Origin: an uncultured virus (IMG/VR IMGVR_UViG_3300035327_000120)
Taxonomy: Duplodnaviria; Heunggongvirae; Uroviricota; Caudoviricetes
Direction: 5' to 3' (one strand)
IMG/VR virus record: IMGVR_UViG_3300035327_000120
DNA: 64,000 nucleotides
The translations under genes and the position numbers were made by a program. Positions 21,847 through 32,500 of this stretch are shown piece after piece. The notes under the pieces were generated by a model, which did no database searches, was not told the DNA's origin, and was given only the letters and a program-made list of their open reading frames with translations. Each line of letters starts with the position of its first letter. Position 1 is the first letter of the stretch.

Positions 21847-22153
21847 TTTGCATATCAGTTTGCGTATCAATTTGCATATCAACATAGACGTTATTCTGCA
21901 TATCATTGATACGCAAATTGATATGCAGTTATTCTTATATGATAATGAGTTACGCGAAAAATCTGCGTGTCAACATACGAGAGATTTTGCATATCAAAGA
22001 ACCCCGATTTTTGCGTATCAATAAAATCTGCATATCAACATAGCACTAATTCTGCGTATCAATAACACGCAAATTGATATGCAGAACTAATTGACAATAA
22101 ACTTATTACAGCGATATTTTGCGTGTCAATATTAGTCTAAATCTGCATATCAA
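21847..22153. repeat. Iteron-like array of TGCRTRTCA repeats (candidate origin or partition site)
   Basis: 11 forward copies (21849, 21861, 21873, 21897, 21964, 21988, 22012, 22029, 22053, 22120, 22144) and 3 inverted (21906, 21918, 22074). Confidence 0.85.
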
Positions 22154-22247
22154 TACCGCTTTATTGCCGGGGCTTTGGGTTGTAATGGTTGACAGGCGAC
22201 GGGGCGTTTCCGTCGCCATTTTTTACTCACCTCAAAGCACTTTTATT

Positions 22248-22607
22248 ATGAAAGACTACGAAACCGCCATGCTGAAATGGATATCGCAGGAGGTCTGTGA
22301 TGACCTCTTCGCAGCAGCTTCGGCAGACAACAAAATCATGGTGAACAACTGGGTTGCTTTCGCTACGCTGGCCATCTATCGAGAGGCTGCAAGCATACTC
22401 GACACAATCCCAGTTCCAAGTATCGACGACTGTATGGCCGGAGCATACGAGCCTCCGGATAAGGCAGAAAATCCCAAGTGGGGGCAACTGGAGGCGTGGC
22501 ACAACGAACACTGGCTGCTATCCCAAATGGATAGCATGGAGGATATATACGCCCCTTACATCGCCATGCCGGAATTACGCCTTGATCGTTTCACACTCGG
22601 ATTATAA
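22248..22607 (+). CDS. Hypothetical protein (likely start MKDYET)
   Basis: Plus-strand ORF between hairpins at 22195-22218 and 22625-22650. Confidence 0.6.
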   Translation: MKDYETAMLKWISQEVCDDLFAAASADNKIMVNNWVAFATLAIYREAASILDTIPVPSIDDCMAGAYEPPDKAENPKWGQLEAWHNEHWLLSQMDSMEDIYAPYIAMPELRLDRFTLGL

Positions 22608-22624
22608 TTCAGTCCAAAACAAAA

Positions 22625-22650
22625 CAGACGCGCCATTTATGGTGCGTCTG
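22625..22650. terminator. Bidirectional terminator-like hairpin
   Basis: cagacgcgccat-tt-atggtgcgtctg between convergent genes. Confidence 0.6.
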
Positions 22651-22678
22651 CTGTATGGTAATAAGTTAAGGGGGATTG

Positions 22679-23029
22679 TTACCCGATTACCGCGTTGTGC
22701 TCCATTTCGTTGGAGAGTGCCATATTGATGAAATCGTTTATCGTAGTGCCTGCGGCCATTGCAGCAGCCGCTACTCGTCCATGCAGTTCAGAGGGCATAC
22801 GGAGTACGAGTTTGCCGCTATAAGGCTTTGCAGGAGCAATACCTCTGCTTTCGCAACTTGCGAGGTATTCATCAATAGCAGACTCAAAATCAGAACGGAT
22901 TTCATTTATCGTAGTACCCTCATAGGAGATTAGAGTACCGTGGAGGCCCTGTACCTTACCGAAAAGGCAATTATCCTCATCGCTAAATTCTACCGAGCCG
23001 GTGTAACCTTTGTATTTGAGCTGTCCCAT
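22679..23029 (-). CDS. hicB: HicB antitoxin
   Basis: LKYKGYTGSVEFS...FESAIDEYL...KPYSGKLVLRMPSELH. Confidence 0.9.
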   Translation of the reverse strand: MGQLKYKGYTGSVEFSDEDNCLFGKVQGLHGTLISYEGTTINEIRSDFESAIDEYLASCESRGIAPAKPYSGKLVLRMPSELHGRVAAAAMAAGTTINDFINMALSNEMEHNAVIG

Positions 23030-23030
23030 A

Positions 23031-23282
23031 TCAGAGTAATTTTAATTCTTTGAGAGTGTCAATTAACTGTTTAACTTGATAACCCTTTAACTCACCCGTT
23101 GGGTGGGGTTTATGGAGCAACAGAGTGTCGTTGCCTCTGATAAACTCCACTCTTGACCCGGAAGTCTTTCCCTTATGACTTTCCTCAAATCCAAAATACT
23201 GCAAGAGCGTTTTGGCTTCATCATAATGAAAATCCTTTGGCCTACTAAGAAGCCGTGCAATTAGTTTCTCCTTTTTACTCAT
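23031..23282 (-). CDS. hicA: HicA toxin
   Basis: KTSGSRVEF...LHKPHP...YQVKQ; immediately upstream of hicB. Confidence 0.9.
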   Translation of the reverse strand: MSKKEKLIARLLSRPKDFHYDEAKTLLQYFGFEESHKGKTSGSRVEFIRGNDTLLLHKPHPTGELKGYQVKQLIDTLKELKLL

Positions 23283-23307
23283 TCAAGTGTTGGTTTGAAA
23301 TGATATG

Positions 23308-23329
23308 CAAAGATACTAATTTTAGTATC
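23308..23329 (-). promoter_or_regulatory. hicAB promoter -7 box overlapped by palindromic operator
   Basis: Minus TATCTTTG (23308-23315); inverted repeat GATACTAA-TT-TTAGTATC (23312-23329). Confidence 0.65.
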
Positions 23330-23555
23330 AATAACAAAATATTTAGGCCAAAAGTTTCACCTAAAAATTATCCTATCCACAAATTTTTTGATGCAGACAG
23401 GATAACACACTCCCGGAAGCCCCAGATTTTTCGACGGCCTCCGAGTCAATTTTATTTCTTTCAAATTATGCTATATGATTATTATTTAGTATATTTGCAT
23501 TGAGAATTGAGGTAAACTCAAAACCTAAAATCACGTTTTCATCGACGCCATTTTC

Positions 23556-24065
23556 TCAAGCAGGGAGCAAGTAGAACAGGCATCGGTAAACATCTATGAG
23601 TATGCCAACCTCAACCCAAAACACTATATTCCTAAGATTGAATAGCCCGATTGTCAGTCCAAGCAAGGAGAGCCACGGCACACCGATTGTCAAGGCTATC
23701 CATACGACAGCGGCCACTCCGAGAACAATAGCAGCCCCACAATGCACCTTACCGACAAACTCATCTTTGAACGCCGGACTCGCCGCGACAAAGAATATCC
23801 CGGCCACTATGAAGAAGCCGAGAAACTTGTAACTTTCAGGCGTGTGGTTCAGGATTGGAGCAAGAGCGAGAGAAGCAGCCACTATCAGGACAGCAGAGAA
23901 CAGCCACCGCTTGTTATTGCGGTAGTAGGTATCGCTTATCGAGGTAGGAATACCGTTATTCCCGATAAATGAGAACAGGTACACTACCATTATGAAGCCG
24001 GAGATTACTGTTGCGCACCATTCCATATCTCTGACTCCCAGTTGATAGATGTTTTTTCTTGCCAC
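23556..24065 (-). CDS. Multi-TM membrane protein
   Basis: Several hydrophobic segments, [10 protein letters not shown] motif. Confidence 0.65.
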
Positions 24066-24499
24066 TTGGCATTGGTAACAGCGGTTTTGTGGGCGCAGAT
24101 GCCGGCAGCCACCTCCCCAACTTCCTCGATAGATGTAAACTCATGCAACACGAGAGCCGTGTCGCTAAGGTTCATTGTCAGGGGTAGTTGGAACAGGCCG
24201 CCCTGTAAGCCGGTGATAAGACCCGTGAAATCGCTCTTGCGTTCCTCTGAATACTCGACACGCTTGCCGTTCCATTCAAACCCAGCCATGAGTTTTTCTG
24301 CATAGTCGGCCTCGATCTGTGCCGTGATTATCGCCTTTATCTCATCGAGAGATGGCTTCGATGAAAAGCGTTGGCGGTAATTCCAACCAGTCTGTTCCTG
24401 TTCGCTGTCTTTGCCGAAGCCAAAGATAAGTTCCCACTTGTTGCGGCCTATCTTATAGAGGCCGTCCTGTCGGCCCGTGGCGCCATATACTTTTTCCAT
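24005..24499 (-). CDS. Hypothetical protein (DUF4376-like, tail-associated)
   Basis: [11 protein letters not shown]...GFEWNG...WQEKTSINW; directly downstream of RT. Confidence 0.5.
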
Positions 24500-24506
24500 G
24501 ATGTTG

Positions 24507-26120
24507 TTATTTGAGGTTGAAACGATTTAGTATGCTTTCCAACTCTTTATCCGAGGGAGCCGTGATGTTGAACTTGGAAGCTGACACGAAATTGGCTTTT
24601 GGGTACTGGCCCGAATAGTCCATTTCAATAGCAGCAAAGAACGGAAATCCGTCCTCATCGGCTATCTGGTCGAGTATATTCCATAGGTCGCGGTCGCCAG
24701 TCCACATTTTGCGTAAGGCTCCCTGATAGATTATCTGAATGATATACTTTGTCTTGGGCTTCTCCACGAGGTCAGGATTAACACCCCTAACACTTGCGTC
24801 CTGAAGCCTGCGCTGATATTCTTCCCTATCTCGTCGGGCTACTACGTCGCTCTCGAAATCTACCACGATGAAGCCTTTGCCGTCTAACTCACGAGGGCTG
24901 ATCTTATTCCCCCGAAAGTTCTTTTTGCCGTCAAGAGTGGTAGGATTGAGTTTGAAATCACCGAAATCTTTCATTTTGTCTTTGAACTTTAATCGTTTAT
25001 ACTCACTTGGAGCGAGAAGCGTTTTGAGCAGATGCCGACAGTCTGCATGACTCGCCATTCCAAAGAATGAGCCAATCAATTTCTGCCGGCGCTTACGAGA
25101 TTTTACCCTCGCTAACGCCCTCGCAAATTTTTGCTTTGTCCTTTTCCTAATCAGGGCATGAGTGCCATAATTCTTGAAACCGAGATAGTCATTGCCCTCA
25201 CTCAAAGGGCGTACTGCTTCACTCGGCTTTACTTGCAATCCTTTCTCGGCCAGCAACGACACGAGATAGTCCCGAAGCAGCCATAGTTCTTTTTTCGTGG
25301 GAGCGAATATTACTATGTCATCGCAGTATCGGTAATACAGAAAGCGTACCTTTTGCCCCTTGAGTGTTATTTCACCCTGACCGACAGCCACCGGCACGCA
25401 CTCTTCAATGCCATTCTCCGTAAAGACATAATTCCTTACCCTCGCGCTCATTTTGTGGTCTATGTCCGAAAGGTGGAGATTGGCAAAGCATTGCGAAGAA
25501 CGGAGGCCCTTTGATAAGCCCTCCGGCAGCAGCTCCACGAAATTATCAAGTTGAGGCAGCAATATCGGGTCAGAGGTATACTGCCGGATCTGCCACTTCA
25601 TAATTCTTTGGTTGATGTTGTCGTAGTAGTGGCAGACATCACACTGATAGAAATACTTCATGAACTCCGGCACTCGGCTCATATCTTCTTTGATGACATG
25701 AAAGAGCCAGTGCATACCTCGGCCTTTAATCGAGGCTCCTGTGTTCGTTATCAGGGTCGGATATGTGTATTTCTCAAATACCGTCATTATCGCATGACAG
25801 CCTACGCGATGATAAACTGTCGGGCATTGGACTATGCGCTCCTTTGGCCCGTCAGTTACTCGCAGGGTTCTGAAATCTTTCTCGGTTATCCTAAATGTTC
25901 CAGTTGAGATTTCAGTAATGAGCCGGTCAACATACTGCGTCCTCTTAGGGCGTATATGGTCGCGTTGGCCGGAGTTTTCCAAATGACTTACAACATAATC
26001 GAAAGCACTCTCCATATTGGCCCTATCCACAATCTCGGTCGTGAGGTCGGGGATTGGGAATTGCCATGTGATAGCCTCACTTGGCGGTTCCGGGGTCATG
26101 TATGGAATATCTTCGTTCAT
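24507..26120 (-). CDS. DGR reverse transcriptase with C-terminal extension
   Basis: GPKERIV, IKGRGMH, GLRSSQCFANL, YRYCDD; adjacent TR. Confidence 0.95.
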   Translation of the reverse strand: MNEDIPYMTPEPPSEAITWQFPIPDLTTEIVDRANMESAFDYVVSHLENSGQRDHIRPKRTQYVDRLITEISTGTFRITEKDFRTLRVTDGPKERIVQCPTVYHRVGCHAIMTVFEKYTYPTLITNTGASIKGRGMHWLFHVIKEDMSRVPEFMKYFYQCDVCHYYDNINQRIMKWQIRQYTSDPILLPQLDNFVELLPEGLSKGLRSSQCFANLHLSDIDHKMSARVRNYVFTENGIEECVPVAVGQGEITLKGQKVRFLYYRYCDDIVIFAPTKKELWLLRDYLVSLLAEKGLQVKPSEAVRPLSEGNDYLGFKNYGTHALIRKRTKQKFARALARVKSRKRRQKLIGSFFGMASHADCRHLLKTLLAPSEYKRLKFKDKMKDFGDFKLNPTTLDGKKNFRGNKISPRELDGKGFIVVDFESDVVARRDREEYQRRLQDASVRGVNPDLVEKPKTKYIIQIIYQGALRKMWTGDRDLWNILDQIADEDGFPFFAAIEMDYSGQYPKANFVSASKFNITAPSDKELESILNRFNLK

Positions 26121-26312
26121 TCTAAAAAGCCTTCAGGCGCTACTGTTATTTTCCGGCTTTCTTCCAATCTATTCCACTTTGTTCAGGATTGGAATAAATC
26201 AGAGAGGGTTGCCGAGGCTTGCGTCCCTCGCAGAATGCTTTGCCTATCCCGTAGGCGTTGCAGGGTCATACGATTGTTAGAGCATGAGGGGAGCCTCACG
26301 TTTTTGTATTCG

Positions 26313-26431
26313 CTTGAATGTGAGCCGAGAGCCGTTGTTCGTGTTCGAGTTCGTAGAAACGTTGTTCGCGTTCGAGTAAACGAGGCCGCCATTCGCATTC
26401 GCATTGTTGTTCGCACGGCCAACGACACGGC
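26313..26431 (-). ncRNA. DGR template repeat (TR)
   Basis: AAC-rich (12 AAY codons in target frame), lies between target gene and RT, matches VR1 and VR2 except at adenines. Confidence 0.95.
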
Positions 26432-26494
26432 ACCGGGGACGCGCTACCTTTTTGAGTTCATTCCTTTTTGTTGTTTGTTGTCATTATGTTTGCC

Positions 26495-26525
26495 AGAGAT
26501 AGACCACTTGAAGCGGTCTATCTCT
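26495..26525. other. Hairpin downstream of VR1 (candidate DGR homing cruciform or terminator)
   Basis: Perfect 11-bp inverted repeat agagatagacc...ggtctatctct. Confidence 0.6.
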
Positions 26526-26541
26526 TTGTGGGTATTTCCAT

Positions 26542-29500
26542 TCAGTCGGTTTCGATTGTTTCAGATGTATCCTCAACAATCTCAATATCCCCACTGAAGG
26601 CGAGCCGAGAGCCGCAGCTCGTGTACGAGTTCGAAGAAACGTAGTACGCGACCGAGAAAACGAGGCCGCCATACGCATGCGCATTGCCGTACGCACGGCC
26701 AACGACACGGCCTCTATCATGGGTGTAATAGTAGCCATCGCCGTAGTGTAAATTCCATTGAGAACTATCCGAAGTTACGCGAGAAGCAAGGGTATCACAG
26801 AACCTGCCAAACTTTACACGGCCTATGCAGTAGCCACTTGAGGTATTGTTGAGGCCCTGCACGGCACGTTCTGTCTTGCTTACGGGGTCGTAGATGTGAT
26901 ACACAGCATCTATCGGGTCAGAGGATTGACCTATGCACTTATTCTTTTTGAATGAGGCATAACTTGTTACGTTGGCCGCAATGTTCGACATCCATTCATA
27001 GTTGCAGGCTACGAAATTCTGAATACCGAATATGATATTGCCGATGTTGCTTCCACTATACTTTCGGGTTACATTGCCAAAGGTGTTGAAATTGTTGGCA
27101 CCGGTCGTATATTGAGAGCCACAGCCATATCCGGCATAAGCCTGAATGTCGCGCTCTCCAGTCAGAGCCATTACAAGGTTGGCGATATCCTTTGATATTT
27201 CGTAGTCGATAGCATGGTAGCCCTCACCTCGCATTTCGCACAGGTTCATAAAGTCCTGACAGGTGTAGTGCATGGTCGAGGTCGGCACCGAGGTATTCTT
27301 TACCCGTCCCTCGGAGTCATACTGCCAGTCGGGATTGGTAGTAGATGTTCCGTCGCCGCACTTGGTTCTGCTACCGCTGATAGACCGAGGGCGCATGAGA
27401 TTATCCATGTGTATGCCGTACACGCCGACCAGACGTTGGCGAGTATGCACCCAATCAGGTTCTATTGCCTCGATTGCGGCCGAGTCAACTGCAATAGCCT
27501 CCAGTTCATCGAAGCCGATAGGAGCAGTGAACAGCAGTTTGACAGAGCCGGAGGGAACATCGCAGAAAACGTACTCTCCATTCACGAAGTCAAAGAGTGC
27601 ATGAGTAACCATCATATTGAACTTGGCTACAATCTTACCGTCTGCGTCGACAAAGACAGCGCCGATAGTGGCATTGTTGAGGCCCGGCCAGCGGACTTGC
27701 TTCATGCCCTCGACATTTATCTCATACACGCTGTAATTCGGGTTCTCCAGTATTGTAACATCGTCCCCTTTCTTTACAGCGGTGTCATCGACAATCGTAT
27801 AGACGCTGGCCATAGAGGTATGCAGACAATCAGCGAGTTTAACTCGGTTACGACGATAGGAGCCGTCGGCATTGGTGGCGACTGTCGAGATAGGCTCTTC
27901 TGCCATACTGCTGACAAAGAAATACTTTCTCTGGTTCTTGTAGTCGTTCACACCCTTATACCAGTATGCAGGGAGTAGCTTCATAATGTCGAAGCCTTCT
28001 CCTGCCTGATCGGTGGGGTCATACTCCGTGCCGTCGGCCATGAGATTGTAGTTTGCATCAGAAATCTGTATGCAACGCATCTTCTGTGAGGTACGGTTGT
28101 AGGTACACTTATAGGCGTGGCTCATATCCCTCACGCGGACAAAATGCCCGGAGGGTTCAAACTCTTCGCCGACGGTGCCGTTTTCAAGGTTGGTGATGTT
28201 TTGGCTATCACTCTCCGTATCATCGAACACAACGCCGGTGTACTGCGAGTTGTGGATTTCCAGTTGAGGGAAATATCTCTTCAACTTTTCTATCGTAACT
28301 GCGTCAGCACCGTTTTCAGGGATAAGGTTCTCCATTATCCACCGGCCCGTGATGCCTGAACACTGGCCGCTTTCTTCGTATGCTTGGCCGGAGGGGTCAA
28401 GACCCACGGCGCCGCTTGAGCGCAGGGCCGCAAGGATTGATGAGGGTGCGGTAATGTTGACATCCGGCAGTCGTATGTATCGGATAGCCGATGACGTTAC
28501 TATGCCGTTGATAAGTGCCATAGGGTCGATATGCGGACAGCCGGAGAGCATAAGGCGTATCACGTTGCTCATGCCTGCGATTGTCAGACCGCCGGGATAT
28601 GACAGCTTGGGGAGGTTGACAAAGTTTAACTCCGACATTGAGGCCGGGAGTTCCAGCGTTTCAAGCGGTGAGGTTTCGGCCGTGGTGATCGAGGTGAGGT
28701 CAGAGCCGGAAGCAAGCACCGTTTCAAGTCGAGGGCACTTGGAGGCGTTGATAGAGCGTATCTCCGTGGTTCTCACGTCAAGGTGGCGCAAGAACGGCAG
28801 GTCGCCGAGGTTCATTGTTTCAAGGAAGCCGGTATTGCCGGGCGACAATCTCCACGTTGTCCTGTGATTGACCGAGCCAATCACAATCTTCTCCGCAAGT
28901 GTCATTACAGAGAATTGGAAATTGGGGTCGAGCGACAACTGCGAGAGGTCTATCTCGCTCATGCGGTCAGCCTGATAGATGTAGAGCAGAATGTTATCGC
29001 CATGCTGGAAATCGGTAAATACACCTTCTTCACCGGCTTGCAGATACATTCCTTGAGTGATGTTGCCACCGTCATTGCCGATGCCGAAATAGCCCGATTT
29101 GGCTGCCTTGAAACGAATGACAGCACCAGTCTTAGCACCGACACGACCACCGAGGACGTGGCTTGCGTCCTTGAAATCGCCAGTCTGGTAATAACCGTCG
29201 CGTATGCGCCACCTCTGCTCGATGAACGCAGGGAGTGAGGTCAGACCGAGGCCCTGAAGGGCGTAGTAGTATATGTCATTGTAGCCGGTATAGTGTATAT
29301 ACTTGCGCTCGCCGTCATACGAGGACACTACTTTCGGCCACAGCTTCATACGTTTGTTGACAAAGTAGTGGAGCGCACCTTTGGGCGAGAACGGGCCGGC
29401 ACCGATACCGTCAATCTCAGGGAGATTGCGCATCGTGGCCACTACGCCGGGGAGGGTCAGAGTATTGCCGGAAGCATCGCAGACCATTTCCTGATTTTCG

Positions 29501-32500
29501 CAACGGCGCAAGTCATTCCAGAGGATAGAGCCACGGCCGGCGTAGCACTTATCATCTGTTGCAGGGTCAAGTTCAGAGGGTATCGTATTGCCGCCGTCAT
29601 TGTCCTTACCGTTGCAGGTGTCGCAGTCATAGACCTTATTAAAGTACATTCTGACTGGTTCCATTGCAGAGGGAGTATGATATTCGCCATTCTCAACCCA
29701 GCAGCCGTCCTCTAAGAAGAACATCGGTTGCATATTCTTTGCCTGCTGATCGACAGCGGCAAGGTAATCCGTGAATGTGTAGTAACTGATAAGCGACTGA
29801 ACGCTCATATATTTCCACGCATTCGATTTCCATATTCCCTGCCATGTTGATGCGAGAGCAGCCTTAGAGTAGTCGCAAGTATCGCAGAATTTGAGAACAT
29901 TGAACAGGTCATACGGCACCTTACGACCCATTGCGAGGTCTATCTGCAACTGGTCGTCATCTATCATGCACTCGAAGAACTGCGTCCATGCCGGATAGGT
30001 TTCCTGTCCGAGATTGAGTTTCGCAACCCACGAGGACATTGTGGCTGTGGGAGCCATCATGTCTGCCACAGAGCCGACACCCATAAACCAGTCCATGCCG
30101 TCGTAGGTGATAAGCTCGTAGCCGGATACAGGGTTCAGGACATCGCCGGTGATTACCCACTTGCCGTTAATCTGCTTCATTGAGCCGGTAGAACGCGCCC
30201 ACTCGCCGCCGCTGTAACGCATTATGCGGTAGTCGCGGCCGCAGTATTGCGAGAGCAGATACGGCATAGTGGTATCAAGACCCTCGGACTGTTTGAAGCG
30301 AGCCATTGTCTGGTCGAGAGTTTCATCGGGCAGACCGAAAAACTCTATAAAGTCGCCGTAGTTCAGGCAACCCTTATTGTATCCGGGAGTGTCCATGAAG
30401 CCGAGCGCAACCTGTTCGCCCTTATCCTCTTTCCAGTTACCTTTGGCATGAAACCACGCATCGGTCAGCGACTCATTGGTGGCACGGAAAGCGGCGATTG
30501 GGTGATTGGCTGTGGAGTGGTTCATTTCAAGGCCACTCACAACAACCTCGCCTTTCTTCCATGTGCCGTCGAAAGCACGTTGGGCCGGTGTCATGTAGGA
30601 AGCACCGAGAGTGCGATATGTGGCGTTCATAAGGTCGCACACGCCGCAGTCATTGGAGTTTGAGCTGTCGGAATAGTCGACCTTAACCGTGATGATTTTG
30701 ACAGGGATTGTATTCTCTTCTACGCGGACATAGCCGAGTTCAAAGAGTTTGTATGCCATGAGAGCATCGGCATTTTCGTAATCAGGATAGATAGGCGTAA
30801 TCTTCCAACCTTTCTCTTTGGCGAGATAAAACCTGTCATTTTTGATAGGACGCTTGGCCGAGGTCGTACCCTGACGGCGCCAGCGGACATTCTCTGCTTT
30901 GAAAGAACGCCACGGCATTGTCGGGTGAAAATAGAACAGGGTACACTTGAAATTCGTAGACGTATTGATGTCGGAGTCGAAACTGTCAAACGTAGCCTGC
31001 GGAGCGACTACAACATAGTACGGAATACCCTTTGCTTTGAGTAGGTCAAGAGTGGGCCGGTTCTGATTGTCAAGCACATTTTCTGCCTCATACTCCGCTG
31101 TCATAGCGTTGGTGTCAGTCAGTTTGCACAGGTAGTTCTGGAAAGCCTGCGCCCACTCGTAGTAGCTGTCATAAGCGAGAACATAGTACAGATACAAATC
31201 ACCGTCCGTACCGTTGAAGCTGATATGACGTGTGTTGAGGATAGCGCCGGAGTTGGCTACATAACCGATTGCGCCTACCTCTTCACCGTTCAGATAAAGT
31301 TTTAAGGTGGAGTAGTCAGTCGAGCCACGATGCACGGTGATTGTTGAGGGTTCAACAACAACAGCCAGCGTTATCTTCTCACCACACTTGAAGCCACGGG
31401 TAACGGTCGAGGGGGTGCCGTTCTTGCAGTACATTACAACCTTGTTGCCGCAGATGTAGAAGCCTGCGCCGCTATCTGGGTCGTAGCACTCTACCAGTTT
31501 GGCCTCGCTGTCCTTGATATTGTTTGTGGCAAAGGCCATCTGCCACGCCATACCGTTAGTCCTCTCCGTGGCGGCAGAGCCAAAGGGTGCATAAGGAATA
31601 CGGGCGGTTACGTTCTCTGCAATGCGGAGGCAGTTATCGCCGAGATAGTTCCCGAAGCCGTTTGATGACCAGTTGGAGCCTTCAACTATCATCGTAGCCC
31701 CTTTATCGGTAATGGTATGGTCAGGTTCAGAGTTGGAGCGTGTAGCAAAGTCATAGCCGAACAGCGCCCCCTCTTTCAGAACAGCAGCAATCGCAGAGCC
31801 GTAAACACGAATCTGAATGGGCGTAGTTTGAGAAGCACCACTCTGCACAAAGAACTCTATTGTAGCCGAGCCGTCGGTATCGTAACCTTGTATCTGCTTC
31901 GATACCTGATAAGTCTGGGAAATTTGACATTCCACGGTGGTAACAACGTGGCCGTCGATAGACACGTCAGCCTTAGTGGAGTTTTTGTTTGGAGTGTATG
32001 CGGCCACCTCTACAACGAGCGAGTCATACAGACGTATGGAGCCGTTGTTGGTGTCATTGTATCGGAGTGCAACGATTGGAGTTGTGGAAGCAGGGTCAAC
32101 GCACATTACCGAGGAATAGATTGTGTTGCCTTTCACTCCTGAAGCCACGTCCTCTCCCGATATGCGGATTGGATATGAGCCATGCTGCATTACCTCGTTG
32201 CCACCGAGAACATTCTTCGGATTGATTGATATAGTATGAGAATAGCTATCGGTTATCGTAGCGACTCCGAGGGTATGCCATGCTCCGTTGAGGTAAATTT
32301 CAGTCGTAACTTTCACGCCCTGCTTCGATACGTTGTTGGCGAACTTATACATCAGAATGTTTTTGGTATCGCCACCAACCTCTAAGGCAGAACTGGAGGT
32401 GTAGTTGAGGGTCTGCACCGAGGTACAGGTAACGTCGACAGCCGTAACGGTAATGGTACGACGCTTGACATTGTTATCTGCATCATAGGCCACTATCGTA

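Noticed and set aside
21847..22153. Repeat array as CRISPR
   Set aside because: Repeats are about 10 bp, in both orientations, with 2-14 bp gaps, and no cas genes are present
24507..26120. RT as group II intron, retron or Abi RT
   Set aside because: TR/VR pairs with adenine-only mismatches and the SQ motif identify a DGR
26183..26738. Three similar ORFs SLAVRT..RMAASF.. (26183-26428, 26484-26738, also 12349-12684) looking like a paralog family
   Set aside because: They are alternative-frame readings of TR, VR1 and VR2, not real genes
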